Below, in pieces: positions 1 to 15,544 of a stretch of 64,000 nucleotides of DNA. Source of the stretch: the human T2T-CHM13v2.0 reference genome, Homo sapiens; assembly GCF_009914755.1 (NCBI RefSeq), contig NC_060945.1. One strand, written 5' to 3'. A model generated the notes under the pieces. That model had not been told where the DNA came from and searched no databases. It saw nothing but the letters and a program-made list of their open reading frames with translations. Positions within the stretch are counted from its first letter, which is position 1. Every line of letters begins with the position of its first letter. Made by a program: the position numbers and the translations under genes.

Positions 1-1454
1 CACCCTGCATCTTACATTATGTATATTATATGTAATATAATAATTGAAAGTATATAAGTATAATATTTATACAATATGACATATAATAATTATATTTTAT
101 GACATATATAATATATATTCTATATCATATATAGAATATATTATATGGTTAATATACGTACTAAATATATAATATACATTATATGTATTATATATATTAT
201 ATCTACGTTATATATAACATACCTCATAGATAATATATATGATATCTCTGTTATATATAATATAAAATAACATAAAAAAATATATAATTGTATATATAAA
301 ACATGACATATAATATATATTATATTTTATGACATATATAATACATATTATATATTATATATGTAATACGTTGTATGTATGATGCATATATTAAATATAT
401 ATGATATGTCTACGTTATTAATTATATGTAATATATGTTATGTATTATATATTTTACATGGAATACACATGTTACATATAATTTATACTATGTTACCTAT
501 AACGTATAATTTATTATATATAATATAATATATGTCATAAGTTATATGTAATTTATAATATACAGTATGTGGAATGTGATATATATGACATGTAATATAT
601 GATATGTAACATACAATATATCATATATAACATACAATATATGATACATAATATATATGGTATACAAAATATATTTTATGATATATATTATATATGTTTT
701 ATATTATATTACATATATCTATTTAAAATTATATATAACGGTATAATATTATACGTAAATATATAATATATATGACTATATATGAAGTTATATATAACTT
801 TATTACATACTTTACATAATACATCATAATATAATGCATATGTTATATTATTTTATATTACATAATATATATTACATATCACATAATGTATACTACCTAC
901 ATAATATTAAAATATATATTATAATATGATATATTAAATATCATATATATTATGTATCCTATATTGTATAATATACATTATATATTATATAACATGTATG
1001 TTGTCTATCATATTATATATATAATTATATATGATTATATTGTCATACATATAACGATATAAATATGTAATTATATATATCATTATTTATATTATATGTA
1101 ATTATATAATCATGTTTAATTATTTATATTTTATAAATAATTATATGATTTTATAAATTATAATATATATAAATTATACTATGTAATAAAAATATATATA
1201 TTATAGATCATATATGATATAGTATATATGTTACATATCATATTATATAGAAATATATGTTATGTTATATACAATTATATAATTTCATATATAAGATGTA
1301 TAATATGTATTATCTATTATATATGTTATGTAATATATATAATGTAAATAAGCTGACACAGGATAAATATTAAATATTATGATATATAATATATTTGAGG
1401 TTATATATTACATATAAAGCATATTACAAAACATATAATATATATCATGTATAA

Positions 1455-1746
1455 TTTCTTTTTAGACAGAGCCTTGTCCTGTTGCACAGCGTGGGGTACA
1501 ATGGCGCCATCTTTACTCACTGCAACATCTGCCTCACGGGTTCAAGCGATTGTCCTCCCTCAGCCTCCCAGGTAGCTGGGAGTACACCACACTGGGACTA
1601 CACCAGCTGCCACCATGCCTAGCTAATTTTTTGGATTTTTAGTAGTGACAGCGCTTCACTGTATTGGCCAGGATGGTCTTGATCTCTTCACCTTGTGATC
1701 CCCTTGCCTTGGTCTCCAAATTTCCTGGGATTACAGGCCTGAGCCA
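1455..1746 (-). mobile_element. Alu within satellite unit 1 (5' end clipped, internal ~16-bp duplication)
   Basis: TTTTTAGACAGAGCC...GGGATTACAGGCCTGAGCCA is an antisense Alu lacking its first bases. It contains CTGGGAGTACACCACACTGGGACTACACCA. Confidence 0.92.
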
Positions 1747-2315
1747 AGATACATATTTTTTAAATGAAAAAGAATTTCCAAGCTACTCTGCTTGGGACAA
1801 GAATCAAATATATAAACTGAGGAATAAAACATAACCATGAAGCTTATTTATAACTGCATATGGAAAATACAGAGGATAATTTTTTAAATAACATCTTTTG
1901 AAAGCATTAACTAGTAATTTGAAGAGTTGGCATTTGAAAGGCCCGTATGAATATACCTTCAAAGCAGCAACACAGGTTCCCCATGAGAAAAATCAAACTC
2001 AGGGAAAATAAAACCACAAAGGTTCACTCTGTTCTGACCTTTGAAAAACACAGCACAGACAGTGGCCCTTAGGACCAAGAGCAGGAGATCCCTAATCCCG
2101 TCACCACGGCGATAGGGCACAAACATTGCAGGGTGAGAGCACAATCCACATTGTGAGGTCCAACTGCTGCCAGGAAGACAGGAGTGCTTTTACATAGACC
2201 CAAAGGTCATTGAAGGCTCAGTGTTTTGTTTCAAAAACTGAATCCCAAGCCCACACATTACTATGCTGCGCTTCTTAAAACAAGTTATGAGATGGGAAAT
2301 AGGGCACCCACAAAT
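1747..2315. repeat. HSATI block of unit 1 (equivalent blocks at ~4137-4705, ~6544-7110, ~8940-9505)
   Basis: ~570-bp mixed-composition block repeated near-identically after each Alu, at the position HSATI occupies in DYZ2. Confidence 0.8.
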
Positions 2316-3844
2316 CTATCTATACATTATGTATATAATAATATATAGAATCATATATATAATATATGTAACATATATATAATATTCTTTTACACCCTGC
2401 ATCTTATATTATGTATATTATATGTAATATAATAATTGAAAATATATAAGTATAATATTTATACAATATGACATATAATAATTATATTTTATGACATATA
2501 TAATATATATTCTATATCATATATAGAATATATTATATGGTTAATATACGTACTAAATATATAATATACATTATATATATTATATATATTATATCTACGT
2601 TATATATAACATACCTTATAGATAATATATATATGATATCTCTGTTATATATAATATAAAATAACATAAAAAATATATAATTGTATATATAAAACATGAC
2701 ATATAATATATATTATATTTTATGACATATATAATACATATTATATATTATATATGTCATACGTTGTATGTATGATGCATATATTAAATATATATGATAT
2801 GTCTACGTTATTAATTATATGTAATATATGTTATGTATTATATATTTTACATGGAATACACATGTTACATATAATTTATACTATGTTACCTATAACGTAT
2901 AATTTATTATATATAATATAATGTATGTCATATGTTATATGTAATTTATTATATACAGTATGTGGAATGTGATATATATGACATGTAATATATGATATGT
3001 AACATACAATATATCATATATAACATACAATATATGATACATAATATATATGGTATACAAAATATATTTTATGATATATATTATATATGTTTTATATTAT
3101 ATTATATATAACTATTTAAAATTATATATAACTCTATAATATACGTAAATATATAATATATATGACTATATATGATGTTATATATAATTTTATTACATAC
3201 TTTACATAATATATCATAATATAATGCATATATTATATTATTTTATATTACATAATATATATTATATATCACATAATGTATGCTACATATATAATATTAA
3301 AATATATATTATATTATGATATATTAAATATCACATATATTATGTATCCTATATTGTATAATATACATTATATATTATATAACATGTATGTTGTCTATCA
3401 TATTATATATAATTATATATATGATTATATTGTCATACATATAACGATATAAATATGTAATTATATATATCATTATTTATGTTATATGTAATTATATAAT
3501 CATGTATAATTATTTATATTATATAAATAATTATATGATTTTATAAATTATAATATATATAAATTATACCATGTAATAAAAATATATATATTATATATCA
3601 TATATGATATAGTATATATGTTATATATCATATTATATAGAAATATATGTTATGTTATATACAATTATATATTTTCATATATAAGATGTATAATATGTAT
3701 TATCTATTATATATGTTATGTAATATATATAATGTAAATAAGCTGACACAGGGTAAATATTAAATATTATGATATATAATATATATGAGGTTATATATTA
3801 CATATAAAGCATATTACAAAACATATAATATATATCATGTATAA

Positions 3845-4136
3845 TTTCTTTTTAGACAGAGCCTTGTCCTGTTGCACAGCGTGGGGTACAATGGCGCCAT
3901 CTTTACTCACTGCAACATCTGCCTCACGGGTTCAAGCGATTGTCCTCCCTCAGCCTCCCAGGTAGCTGGGAGTACACCACACTGGGACTACACCAGCTGC
4001 CACCATGCCTAGCTAATTTTTTGGATTTTTAGTAGTGACAGCGCTTCACTGTATTGGCCAGGATGGTCTTGATCTCTTCACCTTGTGATCCCCTTGCCTT
4101 GGCCTCCAAATTTCCTGGGATTACAGGCCTGAGCCA
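3845..4136 (-). mobile_element. Alu within satellite unit 2
   Basis: Near-identical to 1455-1746. Confidence 0.92.
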
Positions 4137-6251
4137 AGATACATATTTTTTAAATGAAAAAGAATTTCAAAGCTACTCTGCTTGGGACAAGAATCAAATA
4201 TAAAAACTGAGGAATAAAACATAACCATGAAACTTACTTATAACTGCATATGGAAAATACAGAGGATAATTTTTTAAATAACATCTTTTGAAAGCATTAA
4301 CTAGTAATTTGAAGAGTTGGCATTTGAAAGGCCCGTATGAATATACCTTCAAAGCAGCAACACAGGTTCCCCATGAGAAAAATAAAACTCAGGGAAAATA
4401 AAACCACAAAGGTTCACTCTGTTCTGACCTTTGAAAAACACAGCACAGACAGTGGCCCTTAGGACCAAGAGCAGGAGATCCCTAATCCCGTCACCACGGC
4501 GATAGGGCACAAACATTGCAGGGTGAGGGCACAATCCACATTGTGAGGTCCAACTGCTGCCAGGAAGACAGGAGTGCTTTTACATAGACCCAAAGATCAT
4601 TGAAGGCTCAGTGTTTTGTTTCAAAAACTGAATCCCAAGCCCACACATTACTATGCTGCGCTTCTTAAAACAAGTTATGAGATGGGAAATAGGGAACCCA
4701 CAAATCTATGTATACATTATGTATAAAATAATATACAGAATCATATATATAATATATGTAACATATATATATAATATTCTTTTACACCCTGCATCTTATA
4801 TTATGTATATTATATGTAATATAATAATTGAAAATATATAAGTATAATATTTATACAATATGACATATAATAATTATATATTATGACATATATAGTATAT
4901 ATTATATATCATATATAGAATATGTTATATGGTTAATATACGTACTAAATATATAATATACATTATATATATTATATATATAATATCTACGTTATATATA
5001 ACAAACCTCATAGATAATATATATATGATATCTCTGTTATATATAATATAAAATAACATAAAAAAAATATAATTGTATATATAAAACATGACATATAATA
5101 TATATTATATTTTATGACATATATATAATACATATTATATATTATATATGTAATACGTTGTATGTATAATGCATATATTAAATATATATGATATGTCTAC
5201 GTTATTAATTATATGTAATATATGTTATATATTATATATTTTACATGGAATACACATGTTACATATAATTTATATTATGTTACCTATAACGTATAATTTA
5301 TTATATATAATATAATGTATGTCATATATTATATATATTTTATAATATACAGTATGTGGAATGTGATATATATGACATGTAATATATGATATGTAACATA
5401 CAATATATCATATATAACATACAAGATATGATACATAATATATATGGTATACAAAATATATTTTATGATATATATTATATATGTTTTATACTATAATATA
5501 TATAACTATTTAAAATTATATATAACTGTATGATATTATACATAAATACATAATATAATATATATAACTATACATTATGTTATATATAATTTTATTACGT
5601 ACTTTACATAATATATCATAATATAATGCATATATTATATTATTTTATATTACATAATATATATTATATATCACGTAATATATGCTACATACATAATATT
5701 AAAATATATATTATATTATGATATATTAAATATCGTATATATTATGTATCCTATATTGTATAATATACATTATATATTATATAACATGTATGTTATCTAT
5801 CATATGATATATAAAATTATATATATGATTATATTGTCATACATAAAACGATATAAATATGCAATTATATATATCATTATTTATATTATATATAATTATA
5901 TAATCATGTATAATTATTTATACTATATAAATAATTATATGATTATATAAATTATAATATATATAAATTATACTATGTAATAAAAAATATATATACTATA
6001 TATCATATATGATATAGTATATATGGTATATATCATATTATATATAAATATATGTTATGTTATATAGAATTATATATTTTCATATATAAGATGTATAATA
6101 TGTATTATCTATTATATATATTTTATGTAATATATATAATGTAAATAAGCTGACACAGGATAAATATTAAATATGATGTTATATAATATATATGAGGTTA
6201 TATATTACATATAAAGCATATTACATAACATATAATATATATCATGTAAAA

Positions 6252-6543
6252 TTTTTTTTTAGACAGAGCCTTGTCCTGTTGCACAGCGTGGAGTACAATA
6301 GCGCCATCTTTACTCACTGCAATATCTGCCTGACGGGTTCAAGCGATTGTCCTCCCTCAGCCTCCCATGTAGCTGGGAGTACACCACACTGGGACTACAC
6401 CAGCTGCCACCATGCCTATCTAATTTTTTGGATTTTTAGTAGTGACAGCGTTTCACTGTATTGTCCAGGATGGTCTTGATCTCTTCAACTTGTGATCCCC
6501 TTGCCTTGGCCTCCAAATTTCCTGGGATTACAGGCCTGAGCCA
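6252..6543 (-). mobile_element. Alu within satellite unit 3
   Basis: Homologous to 1455-1746 with several substitutions. Confidence 0.92.
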
Positions 6544-8624
6544 AGATACATATTTTGTAAATGAAAAAGAATTTCAAAGCTACTCTGCTTGGGACAAGAA
6601 TCAAATATATAAACTGAGGAATAAAACATAACCATGAAACTTATTTATAACTGCATATGGAAAATACACAGGATAATTTTTTAAATAACATGTTTTGAAA
6701 GCATTAAATGATAATTTGAAGAGTTGGCATTTGAAAGGCCAGTATGAATACACCTTCAAAGCAGCAACACAGGTTCCGCATGAGAAAAATCAAACTCAGG
6801 GAAAATAATACCACAAAGGTTCACTCTGTTCTGACGTTTGAAAAACACAGCACAGACAGTGGCCCTTAGGACCAAGAGCAGGAGATCCCTAATCCCGTCA
6901 CCATGGCGATAGGGCATAAACATTGCAGGGTGAGGGCACAATCCACATTGTGAGGTCCAACTGCTGCCAGGAAGACAGGAGTGCCTTTACATAGACCGAA
7001 AGGTCATTGAAGGCTCAGTGTTTTGTTTCAAAAACTGAATTGCAAGCCCACACATTATTATGCTGTGTTTGTTAAAACAAGTTATGAGATGGGAAACAGG
7101 GCACCCACAAATATATATATATACATTATGTATACAATAATATATAGTATCATAAATATAATATATATAACATATATATAATATTGTTTTACATCCTGCA
7201 TCTTATACTACATATATTATATGTAATATAATAATTGATAATAAATATTATATTTATACAACATGACATATAATATATAATAATTTATGACATATATAAT
7301 ATATTGTATATATTATATATAGAATATATTATATGGTTAATATACGTATTAAATATATAATATACATTATATATATTATATATATTATATCTATGTTATA
7401 TATAATATACATTATATATAATGTATATATTATATCTATGTTATATATAATATAAAATAATATATAATAATATATAATTGTATATATAAAATGTGACATA
7501 TAGTATATATTATACTTTGTGACATATATATAATATATATTATATATTATATATATAATACGTTGTATGTAGAATACATATATTAAATATATATTATATG
7601 TCTATGTTATTAATTATATGTAATATACGTTATATATTATATATTTTACATAGAATATACATGTTACATATAATATATATTGTTACATATAATGTATAAT
7701 TTATTATATATAATATAATGTATGTCATATATTATATATAATTTATAATGTACAATATGTGGAATGTGATATATATAACATATAATATATGATATATGAT
7801 ATACAATATATGATATATAACATACAATATATGATACATAATATATATGGTATACAATATATATTTTATGTTTTATATCATATATGTTTTATATTATATT
7901 ATATATAACTATTTAAAATTATATATAACTGTATAATATTATATGTATATATATAATATAATATATATAACTATATATTATGTTATATATAATTTTATTA
8001 CATACTTTACATACTACATAATAGTATAATATATATTATATTACATTATTTTATATTACATAATATATATTATATATCACATAATATATGTTACATACAT
8101 AATATTGAAATATATATTATGACATATTAAATATCATATATATTATGTATCCTATATTGTATAATATATATTATATATTATATAATATGTATGTTGTCTA
8201 TTCTGTGATACATATAATTATATATATAATTATATTATTATGCATATAACTATATAAACATGTAATTATATATATTATTATTTATATTATATAAAATTAT
8301 ATAATCATATATAATTATTTCTATTTTATAAATAATCATATCATTATATAAATTATAATATATATAAATTATAATATGTAATAAATATATATATTATATA
8401 TCATATATGATATAGTATATATGTTATATATCATATTATATATAACTCTATATTATGTTACCTATAATTATATATTTTCATATGTAAGATGTATAATATG
8501 TATTATATATTTTATATGTTATGTAATATATATAACATATATAATATGACGTAGGATAAATATTATATATTATGACATATAATATATATGAGGTTATATA
8601 TTACTTATAAAGCATATTACATAA

Positions 8625-8939
<315 letters not shown>

Positions 8940-10053
8940 AAGTACATATTTTTTAAATGATGAAAAATTTCAAAGTTACTCTGCTTGGAACAATAATGAA
9001 ATATATTAACTGAGGAATAAAACATAACCATGAAACATATTTATAACTGCATATGGAAAATACAGAGGATAATTTTTTAAATAACATGTTTTGAAAGCAT
9101 TAACTAGTAATTTGAAGAGTTGGCATTTGAAAGGCCAGTATGAATATACCTTCAAAGCAGCAACACAGGTTCCCCATGAGAAAAATCAAACTCAGGGAAA
9201 ATAAAACCTCAGAGGTTCACTCTGTTCTAACCTTTGAAAAACACAGCACAGACAGTGGCCCTTAGGACCAAGAGCAGGAGATCCCTAATCCCGTCACCAT
9301 GGCGATAGGGTATAAACATTGCAGGGTGAGGGCACAATCCACATTGTGAGGTCCAACTGCTGCCAGGAAGACAGGAGTGCTTTTACATAGACCGAAAGGT
9401 CATTGAAGGCTCAGTGTTTTGTTTCAAAAACTGAATCCCAAGCCCACACATTATTATGCTGTGCTTCTTAAAACAATTTATGAGATGGGAAACAGGGCAC
9501 CCAGAAATATATATATACATTATGTATATAATAATATATAGTATCATATATATAATATATATAACATATATATAATGTTGTTTCACATCCTGCATCTTAT
9601 ATTGTATATATTATATGTAATATAATAATTGATAATATATAAGTATTATATTTATACAATATGATATATAATATATATTATGTTTTATGACATATATAAT
9701 ATATATTATATATCATATATAGAATATATTATATGGTCAATATAAGTATTAAATATGTAATATACATTATATATAATACATATATTATATCTATGTTATA
9801 TATAATATAAAATAATATATAATAATATATAATTGTATATATACAATATGACTTATAATTATATATTATATTTTTTGACATATATAATATATATTATATA
9901 TTTTATATATATAATACATTGTATGTATAATACATATATTAAATATATATTATATGTCTATGTTATAAATTATATGTAATATATATTATATATTATATAT
10001 TATATATTTTATATACAATATATATGTTGTTCAACTTCTCCTTTTAAAGAAAA

Positions 10054-10985
10054 ATGAGAAAAAATATCTCTAAAATCGAGGACAGGCAAGGAGAATGTCC
10101 CCCTTTGGGCACCCCTGCTTGTTTTATGTGTGATAATTATAGCACCTCTTCTTGCAAACATTTATGTAAAGTGAGGATTTTACTAAGGACGACCAACATC
10201 TAAGGTTCCCAAAGTGAAGAACTTTAAATATTCCCAACCTGGTCTTCTCGTATGCTAAATTAGAGAAGTTAGGTTTCTGCATCAAGGAAAATAAATGAGG
10301 GTTGTATTTTAGCTGGCACCTAAAAACATCCAAAATTAGAAATGATAAACTTATTTCTTTCCAGAAAGGTAACAACAAAATATTTGAAACTACCTCAGAA
10401 TTAAAGAAAAGTAGCAAAATCAGTTTCTAAAATCAGGAAACTGCGAGAAACTGTCTCTTCTTTTTCTTCTCCTAAACCTCTGCTTTCTAAACTTCCTTGC
10501 CTGGATGATTTCATTTTTTTTCTCTTTCTCCTCCCTGTATTCCTTCTTAAACCACAAAGGGTCCAGAAATAGCTACAGGAGAAGACAAAATAGTAGTCAT
10601 TTCTTTTAAAACAAAACCCACAGGATGAGTGGGTTCAAACATAAGATATACACCTTACACCAAGTCAGAATTAAATGCTCTGATGTTTGGATTTCCTGAT
10701 CTGACTCAAGACACCTTAGGTTTGCCAAGGAATTCCAAATAATGCTTAAGACCTATGATTCAGGGTTTTCAAACCAATATCAGCTAACTGATTTACTAGT
10801 CCTCCAAAACAAAGCCAAAGATTGCTACAAAGTAGTGAATTAGAAACAGCTTTAGCAGATTTTAACAAACTAAAGTGCAAATGGGAGAGAGAAGCGTAGG
10901 GAGTTTTGCAACTGCCTCTGTGGGAATTTACCACAGCTATTCCCCCTAATCCTATAGACTAGGCAAAATACAACAATGTAATACA
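10054..10985 (+). mobile_element. Degenerate class-I (ERV1-type) endogenous retrovirus gag relic (matrix to capsid), frameshifted with stops
   Basis: Manual translation from ATG 10054 gives MRKNISKIEDRQGECPPLGTPACFMCDNYSTSSCKHLCK. After a frameshift it reads DFTKDDQHLRFPK*RTLNIPNLVFSYAKLEKLGFCIKENK*GLYFSWHLKTSK. Near 10650 it reads YTPYTKSELNALMFGFPDLTQDTLG/FAKEFQIMLKTYDSGFSNQYQLTDLLV. These resemble ERV1 Gag matrix and capsid motifs as I recall them. Confidence 0.75.
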
Positions 10986-11019
10986 TACCCCAGCAAAACC
11001 ATACCTGATTATTATATCA

Positions 11020-14000
11020 CATTTATTTTTATTTTTTGTGGGTATACAGTAGTTGTGTGTATAAATGTGGTATATGAGATACTTTGATACAGGCATGCAA
11101 CATGTAACAATCACAGCATGGTAAATGGGGTATCCATCTCCTCAAGCATTTACTCTGTATTACAAAAATTGAATTATATGATTTCAGTTATTTTAAAAGG
11201 TACAACTAAATTATTATTGATTATAATAATTGTCAATTATTGACAATTGCAGTGTTGTGGTATCAAGTACTACTGTTGTGCTACCAGTACAAACTGTGTT
11301 ATCGGTACAAATACTACTGTTGTGCTATCAGCACAAATATCCTGTTGTGCAATCAAATAGTACCTCTACCTCTTATTCATTCTTTTTAACTATTTCTTGT
11401 ACCCATTAGCCATCTTCACTTCCCTCCATGGCCCTACCAAACTGCCCCCCTACTATGCTTCTCAGCCTCTGGTAACCATCCTTCTACTCTCTATCTCCAT
11501 TGAATTCAACTCAGTGGGATCCTTAGCGCCCATAAATAAATGAGAACATGCAAAGTTTGTCTTTCTGTGCCTGGCTTATTTCATTTAACATAATAACCCA
11601 CATCCATGTTGTTAAAAATGACAGAATCTCATTCTTTTTTTCTGGTTCCACTGTGTATACATACTACATTTTCTTTATCCATTCATCTGTTGATTGACAC
11701 TTACGTTGCTTCCAAATCTTGGCTATTTTCAACAATGCTGCAACAAACATGGGAATGTAGACATCTCTTCAACATACTGAGTTCCTTTCTTGTTAGTATA
11801 TACTTAGCAGTGAAATTGCTGGATTATATTGAAGCTCTAGTTTAGTTTTATGAGGAACCTCCAAGCTGTTTTCCATAGTGGTTGTACTAATTTACATTTC
11901 CACCAACAGTGTACCAGGCTTCCCATTTCTCCACATTCTCACTAGCATTTGCTGTTGCCTGACTTTTGGACATAATTCATTTTAATTGGGATAAGATGAT
12001 ATCTCATTGTAGTTTTGATTTGCATGTTTCTGATAATATAACTGCTTGCAATTCATATGCCTTCTTTTAAGAAAGGTTTATTGAAATATTTTGCCCATTG
12101 TAAAGATCAGATTACTAGATTTTTTTCCTATACAGTAGTTTGAGCTGCTTATCTGTTCTAGTTATTAATCTTTTGTCAGGTGAATAGTTTGCAAATATGT
12201 TCTCCTATTCTGTGGGTTGCCTCCTCACTTTATTGATCATTTCCTTTGACATACAGAAGATTTTTAACTTGATGTAACTTCATTTGTCCATATTTGCTTT
12301 GGTTGCCTGTGCTTGTGGGGTATTACTCAAGACATTTTTGCCAAGACCTGGAGAGACTTTCCCCAATGTTTTCTTGCAGTAGTTTTTTATTCGAGGTCTT
12401 AGATTTAAGTATTTAATCCATTTTGATTCGACTTTTGTATATGGCAAGAGTTGGGGTTATAATTTCATTCTTTTGCATGTAGATATCCAGTTTCCAAGCA
12501 TGATTTATTGAAGAGATTGTCTTTTCCCTAATTTAAGTTCTTGGCACCTTTGTTGAAAATGAGTTCAGTGAAAATGTATAAAATTTTTTTCTGGGTTATC
12601 TGTTCAATTCCATTGGTTTATGTGTCTATTTTTATGCCAGTACCAGGCTGCTACAGTTACTATAGCTTTGTAATATAATTTGAAGTCAGTTAATGTGATT
12701 CCTGCATTTAATCTGTGAATTGCTTTGGATAATATAGACATTTTAACATACTAACACTATCAATCCATGAACATGGAATATCTTTCAATTTTTGTGTCTT
12801 CAATTTATCTTATGATTGTGTTACAGTTTTTGTTGTAGAAATCCTTCACTCCTTTGGTTGATTTCTATGTATTTAGTTCTATTTGTGGCTATGATGAATG
12901 GTATTTCTTTTTAAATTCTTTTTCAGACTGTTCACTCTTGGCATATAGAAATGTTACTGATTCCTGCCGGGCGCGGTGGCTCACGCCTGTATTCCCAGGA
13001 CTTTGGGAAGGTGAGGTGGGCACATCACGAGGTCAGGAGATCGAGACCATACTGGCTAACACGATGAAACCCCGTCTCTACTAAAAATACAAAAAAAAGT
13101 TAGTCAGGCGTGATGGTGGGTGCCTGTAGCCCCAGCTCCTCGGGAGGCTGAGGCAGGAGAATGGTGTGAACCCAGGAGGCGGAGCTTGCAGTAAGCCAAG
13201 ATTGCATCACTGCACTCCAGCCTGGGTGACAAAGTGAGACTCTGTCTCAAAAAAAAAAAAAAATCTACTGATTTTTATATATTGATTTGTATCCTGAAAC
13301 TCTACTGAATTTATCAGTTCTAGTAGTTTTTTGTGGAGTCTTCAGGTTTTTTACAAATATAAGATTATATCATCTGCAAAACAAAGATAATTTGTCTTCC
13401 CTTTAGATGCCCTTTATTTCTCTCTCTTGTCTGATTGCTTTTGCTAGGACTTCCGGTACTGTGGAGAATAACAGTGGTGAAAGTAGGTATCCTGGTCATG
13501 CTCCAGATCTTAGAGAAGGGGATTTCAGTGTTTCCCTTGTCAGTATGATACTAGCTGTGGGTATGTCATATATGGCTTTCATTATGTTAATAATGTTCTT
13601 TCTCTACCCAGGTTTCTGAGGGTTTTTAATCATGATGGGATGTTGAATTTTATCAAATGCTTTTTTAAAATACCTTAATTTAAATGATTATATAATCTTT
13701 TCCCTCATTTTGGTGATGTGATGTATCATTTGGATTGATTTGCAACCATTCTTGCATCCTTGTGATAAATCACACATGATCATGAAGAATGATATTTTTA
13801 ATGTATTGCTTAAAGGTTTGCTAGCATTTTGTTGAGGATTTTTGCATCAATATTAATTGGAGATATTGTAGTTTTCTTTTTTTAAAGTGTCTTTGATTTT
13901 GGTATAAAGGTAATTCTGGTGTTATAGCATGAGTTTGGAAGTATTCCCCATCTGTATTTTGTGGAATAGTTTCAGTAGGATTGGTATTAGTTCTTTAAAT

Positions 14001-14140
14001 ATTTGTTAGAATTCAGTAGTGAAGCCATAGAATATTGGGGCTTTTCTTTCCTGGGAGACTTTTTATTACAGCTTTGTTCTCATTATTTGTTATTGGTCTG
14101 TTCATGTTTTGTATTTCTTTGTGTTTCAATTTTGGTGTGT
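11020..14140 (-). mobile_element. L1MA-type LINE-1, 3' UTR plus 3' part of ORF2, 5'-truncated, interrupted by AluY
   Basis: Starts with the antisense L1MA 3' end (TTTTGTGGGTATACAGTAG...GATACAGGCATGCAA...GGGGTATCCATCTCCTCAAGCATTTA). Typical antisense ORF2 sequence continues to ~14140. Confidence 0.88.
12966..13263 (+). mobile_element. AluY
   Basis: Full-length, with AluY diagnostics GAGATCGAGACCAT.CTGGCTAACAC and GGAGCTTGCAG, an A-tail and an approximate TSD TACTGATT. Confidence 0.92.
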
Positions 14141-14778
14141 TTCTTGGCCCTAGTCTGGTCCACTCAGACCTGCTCCATGCTCACCATCAGGCAGCTGGTG
14201 GTCCTTCTTGAGGAGTGAGTGCAGCAGGGACCAGTGGTTGGGCTGAAGCCCCTTCACCTCATGCGGACTTTCCAATACTCATTGAACTTCATGGTGAGGG
14301 ACAGAGGACCCACCCTGGCTCTCAGCGGGAGAGCAGGGAATTCTTGTTCAAGGAAGCCCCTGGGGCAGCCGCAGGAGGCAGCCCTTGGGAAAAAGTGCCC
14401 AAGGCCCCCCTCAACCGGCCATCCTGCCTCCTCTGCAGGACCTTCTCTTCCCCTCTTTCCCTCCCTCCTGAGGTGAAAAGGAGGGGAGGAGACCATGGAG
14501 CCCTCTGTGTCAGGGAAACCTGGCCCTTCCTTTTGAGCGTCCAGGGGACTCGCATGGGTCTCGCCCCTTCTCCAGGACCTGGAAGCTTCTCTCTCTGAAG
14601 AGCCCTGAGTTCCAGTCTCAAGTGCCTCGTTCCCCATTGCCTCCTGCTTCTCCTTTCATCCCCTCCCACCACCACTTGGGGCTCACACTCCCTGCCTTTG
14701 GGCTTCAAATGTTGTACTACGTGCTTGACCCACTAGCCTGCTTAATCTTCAAAATCACTCTATCAAAAAGACATTTAA

Positions 14779-15081
<303 letters not shown>

Positions 15082-15544
15082 TTAAAAAGCAAAATTGCCA
15101 AAATCATTCATTTAACCAATAAGATGAGCACCTACCTATCAGGGACAATAAAAATTTAAAGGTGCCAACAATTATGAAGGCAGTATTGAATTTACTTGAA
15201 ATATGAAGAACACCACATTTGGTGAATTTAGATAGGAACGCCAAGGAGATATTCCTAGGAATATCATTATATATGGAAAACACTGAAAAAAGACACTGCA
15301 GTGTTTGAGAAAATAATGGCCATAGAAAGAGATTTCATGGACCTTCCAGCTTATGAAAAAATCAACTGAAATTGCTCGACATTAGGTTAGAACATTAAAA
15401 AGGAAAATAAGCCATTATAGAAGGTGAGAATTGGAATAGGGGACAGGAATGACCCATTTCCCAGTCTCTGCCTAGAACAGGGCTGGGGAAAAATCTATGG
15501 TCATCACATTCACCATTGCATAAACACATATTCTTTCTATATGT

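Noticed and set aside
1959-6941. Recurrent 61-aa ORF (MCPHPAMFVPYRR...) in each satellite unit
   Set aside because: It recurs only because the HSATI block is repeated, begins at a non-ATG codon and is not called in unit 4.
14254-14300. KFNEYW peptide reminiscent of an S100 EF-hand end
   Set aside because: The match is only six residues and the flanks show no EF-hand, so no gene name was assigned.
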